32,000 bases of DNA, taken from the NCBI GenBank assembly GCA_030606485.1, contig JAUWGH010000003.1, positions 436,548 to 468,547 on the forward strand, written 5' to 3'. Origin of the DNA: Promethearchaeota archaeon (lineage in GTDB: Archaea > Asgardarchaeota > Lokiarchaeia > Sigyniarchaeales > SOKP01). Shown here piece after piece: positions 27,751-32,000 of this stretch. Positions within the stretch are counted from its first letter, which is position 1, and each line of letters begins with the position of its first letter. Position numbers and translations under genes: made by a program. The notes below the pieces were generated by a model, which worked only from the letters and a program-made list of their open reading frames with translations, made no database searches and was not told the origin of the DNA.

Positions 27751-29934
27751 TTAAAGTGCGTTTAATTTCATTTCAAGTTCTTCATTACATTGTTGGCATT
27801 TCAATTCAAATTCTTCAGAGCACTCATCTTCTTTTATTTCTGCCGCTAATCTTTGCCAACAAACTAAACGCTCTTCACTTTTAATCATTTCTCTTCCATG
27901 ATGTTGAGGATAAGTTTGATATAATTTACATTTTTTGCAATATAAGTATTTAGCGCTTACATCAAAATCTTCTTCAGATAATTCTTGAAATTTAGATTTG
28001 TACCTAAACAACCGTAAGCTATTAAACAATGCAAATAAAGAAACACCCATGTCTCCGATCCCTACAGCAAGCATTAAAGTCATCAAGCCAAATATAGTTA
28101 AAATCGCCATAGAAATCTTGACAGTAATAGAGATAATAATATTTTGTTTGATTATGTTATTTGATTTTTTTGCAATATCAAGAAATACCAAAATTTTTGT
28201 TAAGTCATCATTCATTATAACCAAATCGGCTGTTTGTAATGCTATATCGGACCCAGACACTCCCATTGCAATCCCGACGTTTGAAGTAGCAATGGCTGGA
28301 GCATCATTAATTCCATCACCCACCATAGAAACAGGTCCAATCTCTTTTTGGAGGGTTTTTATTTTTTCTAATTTTTGATTTGGTAAGAGATTACCATATC
28401 TTAAATTAATTGATAGACATTCACCGATAGAATCTACTGTATTTTGAGTATCTCCTGATAAAATCATAGTCTCATAGTTTCGCTTTTTTAAACCTTTTAA
28501 TAAAATGGGTGCAGAAATTCTTAAGGAATCTCTAACTGATAATATACCCAAAAGTTTTTTATTAGAGCCCAAAAGAATAGGAGTTTTCCCAACTTTTGTA
28601 ATTTCATCTATAATTGTTTCAGAATTTTCATATCCTAACTCTTTAAAGAACTTAATAGAACCAACTTCATAAATTTTCTGATTTATTTGCCCCCTTACCC
28701 CTTTTCCTTTAATCATCTCAAAATTTTTAACCTCTAATAACGGTATTTTTTGATTTCCCGCCTCTAAAACAATAGCTTGAGCAATAGGATGCTCAGATTG
28801 ACTTTCTAAACTTGCAATTATTGAAAAATTTTTAGTTTCGCTAATTCCAAAAGGAATATTATCATAGACTTTTAGCCTTCCTTCGGTTAAGGTTCCTGTT
28901 TTATCAAATCCAAATACTTTAATTTTTGTAATTTCTTCGATATACTTACTCCCTTTAACAAGTATTCCCTCTCTAGATAATTTTGTTAGTGCTGCAACCA
29001 TTGCTAATGGAGTTGATAATGTTAATGCGCAAGGACAAGAAATAACTAGCAATATAATACCTCTATAAACCCAATCTATTGGCTGCCCAATACTGAAAAT
29101 TATCGGAAAGACCATAATCAATACTGATATTAATAGAATTATAGGGGTATAATAATTTGCAAACTTTTCAATAAATCTTTCAGTATTTGATTTGTTCAAT
29201 CGAGCAGTCTCGATATTTTCGACAATTTTTGCAAGAATTGTATTCTCTGATGTATGGGTCACCCACATTTCAATGTAACCATCACCATTTATACTTGAAG
29301 CATAGATTTTATCTCCTTTCTCTTTTAAAACAGGAATAGATTCACCAGTTAAAGCACTTTGATTAAAATATGAAGAGCCAGAAAAAATTACTCCATCTAG
29401 TGGCGCTTTCATACCCGGTTTAAGAACAATAATTTCATTTAATTTAACTTCACTAGCCAAAATTTCACGTATTCCATCTTTAGTTTTTAATAGTGCTTTA
29501 TCAGGAGCTAGCTGTATCAGCTTTGAAATCGCTTCTCTAGATTTATCTGATGTAATATCTTCCAATCTCTCTGCAATAGAATATAGTAAAATGGCGGTTG
29601 CACCTTCCTGACCTTTCTGAATTATGAATGCGCCAATCATAGCAATTACCATAAGAGCATTTGCATTTAATCTTTTCTTAATTATTTCTCGCCCGGCGGA
29701 TTCTATGACCCCCTTTGATGATAAAGCAACTGAAATTAATGAAAATATCTGGGAAACAATAATAACTTCAAAACTTATTTCAAAATAGAATGAAAAAAAC
29801 AAAAAAATCGCAGAAATTACTATAAAATACCAGAAATATTTTTCAAAAGTACCTTCGTTTTCTTGTTTATTTATGGAATCAATAGAACAAGACATACTTT
29901 TTGAATCATTACATTGCTGGCATGAATTACTCAT
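27751..29934 (-). CDS. zntA: Heavy-metal translocating P1B-2 ATPase (Zn/Cd/Pb, ZntA/CadA-like)
   Basis: TGES, SCPCAL, DKTGTLT, SEHP and GDGIND; N-x7-K (NIIISITVK) and DMG transmembrane ligands are typical of P1B-2. The gene symbol reflects the subfamily, not proven orthology. Confidence 0.9.
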   Translation of the reverse strand: MSNSCQQCNDSKSMSCSIDSINKQENEGTFEKYFWYFIVISAIFLFFSFYFEISFEVIIVSQIFSLISVALSSKGVIESAGREIIKKRLNANALMVIAMIGAFIIQKGQEGATAILLYSIAERLEDITSDKSREAISKLIQLAPDKALLKTKDGIREILASEVKLNEIIVLKPGMKAPLDGVIFSGSSYFNQSALTGESIPVLKEKGDKIYASSINGDGYIEMWVTHTSENTILAKIVENIETARLNKSNTERFIEKFANYYTPIILLISVLIMVFPIIFSIGQPIDWVYRGIILLVISCPCALTLSTPLAMVAALTKLSREGILVKGSKYIEEITKIKVFGFDKTGTLTEGRLKVYDNIPFGISETKNFSIIASLESQSEHPIAQAIVLEAGNQKIPLLEVKNFEMIKGKGVRGQINQKIYEVGSIKFFKELGYENSETIIDEITKVGKTPILLGSNKKLLGILSVRDSLRISAPILLKGLKKRNYETMILSGDTQNTVDSIGECLSINLRYGNLLPNQKLEKIKTLQKEIGPVSMVGDGINDAPAIATSNVGIAMGVSGSDIALQTADLVIMNDDLTKILVFLDIAKKSNNIIKQNIIISITVKISMAILTIFGLMTLMLAVGIGDMGVSLFALFNSLRLFRYKSKFQELSEEDFDVSAKYLYCKKCKLYQTYPQHHGREMIKSEERLVCWQRLAAEIKEDECSEEFELKCQQCNEELEMKLNAL

Positions 29935-30233
29935 TTGTTTGCACTTATATTTAAATATTTCTAAGCTTCTGTTTAATTTTAGAATAACAGAGATATAAAA
30001 ATATCTATAAAGATTTATAAATCACAGAAGAAATACTCATATCAAAACTAAACGAGATAAATTAATTATTTATATAATATTCAAGAATGGATTAAAAAAT
30101 GAAATTTTACTATTTTCCATTAATTTTTATTAACAAACTAACAAACTTGACAAAATATTTAAATATTTAAAGAATCTTAAATTTTATTCAAAATAACTAC
30201 TATAATTTTATATTTTCTATGGCTAATAATAAT

Positions 30234-30239
30234 GGGTGA
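30234..30239 (+). promoter_or_regulatory. Shine-Dalgarno-like GGGTGA, 5 nt upstream of the ATG at 30245
   Basis: Complementary to the archaeal 16S 3' tail (AUCACC), with appropriate spacing. Confidence 0.5.
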
Positions 30240-30244
30240 AAAAA

Positions 30245-32000
30245 ATGCGTAAATTTAAGATTATAATTATAATTATAGCATTATTTGTTGCATCATCTTC
30301 TTTAAATATTACAAATTCGGCAATGACTAATGCTTGTCGATGTGAGCCTAATCATAAGCCACAATTAACTGATGGAATAGTAACTCCTTCCGAGGGATAT
30401 CAAACGACTTTATTCACATATTCTGTCAATTATTCAGATGCGGATAATGATAAACCTTCATTTATTTATGTAATAATAAATTGCAAATTTTATCGCATGC
30501 AAAAACAAGATCCTTCAGATAATGATTACACTGATGGCTGTATTTATACTTACTCGCGATATTTAGAACCAGGAAATTATAAATATTTCTTTATATGTTC
30601 TGATGGCTATAGAATAGCGTGGACTTGTAGAAAGTGCGGTCCAACAGTTTTATGTAATAAACCACCTATTCTTTGTGATGGTAAGGTAGCACCGGAAGTA
30701 GGTGAAAAATCACAAGATGTATTCAATTTTTCTGTTAATTATATTGATGAAAATAATGATGCCCCAGAGTTTTTAAACATTACATTAGATGGAACAAATC
30801 ATACTATGACAAAAGTTGATCCGTGTGATTGTAATTATGAAGACGGCTGTATTTATTATTATACAACTACATTAGATGAGATAGGGATTCATCATTTTAG
30901 ATTCTACACATCAGATGGTTATTTTTGGACCTATACTGAAACTTTTGATGGTCCTACTGTTCAAGATACAATAGCACCCGACTTGAGTTGCTTATCTCCT
31001 TTAAATATAACTTATCCTTCTGGTATAATTGATATCAACGTTTCAAGTAGTGCTAATGATGTAGAAACCTTTTGGTATACCCTTTATGATATCACTAATG
31101 AACAATGGATTGGTTCTCAAAATGGTGTAATTATAATAGAAGAACATGCAACTGTTGAATTGGGAACAAGTTTTTACTTAATAACCATTTTTGTAAATGA
31201 TACTGCAGGAAATGTCAATTCTACAGCAATTTATTTTACTGTTGCAAACCCACCAATTCTTTCTGAAGGTCAAGTTACACCATCGATGGGGGAAAGATGG
31301 CTTACGTTATTCAATTTTACTGTAAAATACACTGATGCGGATAATGATCCTCCAACATTTTTGAATATTACATTAGATGGAAAAAATTATACAATGATTA
31401 AAGCAGATTTAGATGATAATAATTACATAGATGGATGTTTATATTATCATACAACGACATTACTGAAATTGGGAACCTATCAGTTTAATTTCTATACATC
31501 TGATGGTACTTATTCAACTTTTACTGATATTTTTAATGGTCCTATTGTTCAAGATACCACACCACCAGATATAATTATAAATTCACCCTTAAACACAACT
31601 TATAACACTGATATGATTGATATTAATGTTTCAAGTGATGCTATTGATTTGGAGAGTTTTTGGTATGTTATTTATAGTAAATTTAATTGTGAATGGAGTG
31701 AGATTCAAAACGGCATCTTAATTAAAGATGAGTTAACTACAGTTAATCTAGAGAATAATTTTTATTTAATCACTATTTTTGTGAATGATACTGAAGGGAA
31801 TGTCAATAGTAAATCCCTATATTTTACTGTTTCAATTCCAGCTGTTACAGATTCAACACCCCCAGATATAATTGTTTATTCACCTTTGAATACAACCTAC
31901 TCCACTGGCACAATTATCATCGATGTGTCAAGTACTGCACTTGATGTAGATGATTTCTTTTATACACTCTATGATATATCAAATGAGCAATGGATTGGTG
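30245..32000 (+). CDS. Secreted cell-surface glycoprotein with repeated Ig-like beta modules; 3'-truncated and absent from the supplied ORF track
   Basis: Hand translation gives 585 codons with no stop: MRKFKIIIIIIALFVASSSLNITNSAMTNACRCEPNHKPQLTDG...YTLYDISNEQWIG. Signal-peptide-like N-terminus, two module types and at least 16 N-x-S/T sequons. Confidence 0.9.
   Translation, partial: MRKFKIIIIIIALFVASSSLNITNSAMTNACRCEPNHKPQLTDGIVTPSEGYQTTLFTYSVNYSDADNDKPSFIYVIINCKFYRMQKQDPSDNDYTDGCIYTYSRYLEPGNYKYFFICSDGYRIAWTCRKCGPTVLCNKPPILCDGKVAPEVGEKSQDVFNFSVNYIDENNDAPEFLNITLDGTNHTMTKVDPCDCNYEDGCIYYYTTTLDEIGIHHFRFYTSDGYFWTYTETFDGPTVQDTIAPDLSCLSPLNITYPSGIIDINVSSSANDVETFWYTLYDITNEQWIGSQNGVIIIEEHATVELGTSFYLITIFVNDTAGNVNSTAIYFTVANPPILSEGQVTPSMGERWLTLFNFTVKYTDADNDPPTFLNITLDGKNYTMIKADLDDNNYIDGCLYYHTTTLLKLGTYQFNFYTSDGTYSTFTDIFNGPIVQDTTPPDIIINSPLNTTYNTDMIDINVSSDAIDLESFWYVIYSKFNCEWSEIQNGILIKDELTTVNLENNFYLITIFVNDTEGNVNSKSLYFTVSIPAVTDSTPPDIIVYSPLNTTYSTGTIIIDVSSTALDVDDFFYTLYDISNEQWIG
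30350..32000 (+). repeat. Intragenic module array A1(30350-30655) A2(30656-30964) B1(30965-31246) A3(31247-31552) B2(31553-31834) B3(31850->32000)
   Basis: A (about 102 aa): P.L..G.V.P..G...F.fsV.Y.D.dND.P...M.K.D..d.nY.DGC.Y...SDG...GP.V. B (about 94 aa): DT.pPD...SPLN.TY...I.VSS.a.D...FWY..Y...W...YLITIFVNDT.GNVNS...FTV. DNA similarity is visible between copies. Confidence 0.9.

Noticed and set aside
1140-28378. Short ORFs in the track that overlap longer genes (e.g. 1140..1364, 2634..2825, 5615..5833, 17899..18210, 22179..22586, 27998..28378)
   Set aside because: They are antisense or off-frame shadows of well-supported genes and carry no recognisable motifs.
30219-30239. Six-codon upstream ORF (MANNNG*) before the surface protein
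   Set aside because: Too short to support, and its last codons coincide with the Shine-Dalgarno-like GGGTGA.
30326-30343. TNAC read as a lipoprotein lipobox
   Set aside because: It does not fit [LVI][ASTVI][GAS]C and lies about 15 residues beyond the hydrophobic core.
1-32000. tRNA, rRNA, IS elements, integrases, reverse transcriptases, eukaryotic signature proteins
   Set aside because: No GC-rich structured segments, T-loop motifs, terminal inverted repeats or matching protein motifs were seen by eye. tRNAscan-SE and Infernal were not run.

Overview
Very AT-rich (roughly 30% GC by eye), gene-dense archaeal chromosomal segment. The archaeal/eukaryotic-type ProRS, TTTATAAA-type TATA boxes, oligo-T tracts after genes and the gene repertoire suggest an Asgard archaeon, probably Lokiarchaeia (inference, not proven). 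I saw no rRNA, tRNA, CRISPR array, transposase or integrase. The window holds about 23 protein-coding genes: carbohydrate enzymes (5'-truncated GH94-like phosphorylase, GH2 beta-mannosidase split by a single-base frameshift), lipid-related enzymes (a Grs/Gms/Gmm-like radical SAM protein, two geranylgeranyl-reductase-family flavoproteins, an Isf-flavodoxin/SCP2/membrane fusion, enoyl-CoA hydratase, an ICMT-like methyltransferase, a membrane-anchored alpha/beta hydrolase), a sulfatase-fold enzyme with Thr at the nucleophile position, amino-acid catabolism (ald, N-formylglutamate amidohydrolase), csp, AbrB, proS, transporters and a P1B-2 metal ATPase with an extra C-terminal Cys/His domain. A large secreted repeat protein (30245 to beyond the window end) is missing from the supplied ORF track; I translated it by hand. 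The most promising leads are the tetraether-lipid-modifying radical SAM candidate and its lipid-related neighbourhood, the modular surface protein, the mannosidase frameshift, and a 4x9-bp tandem operator upstream of the ICMT-AbrB operon.
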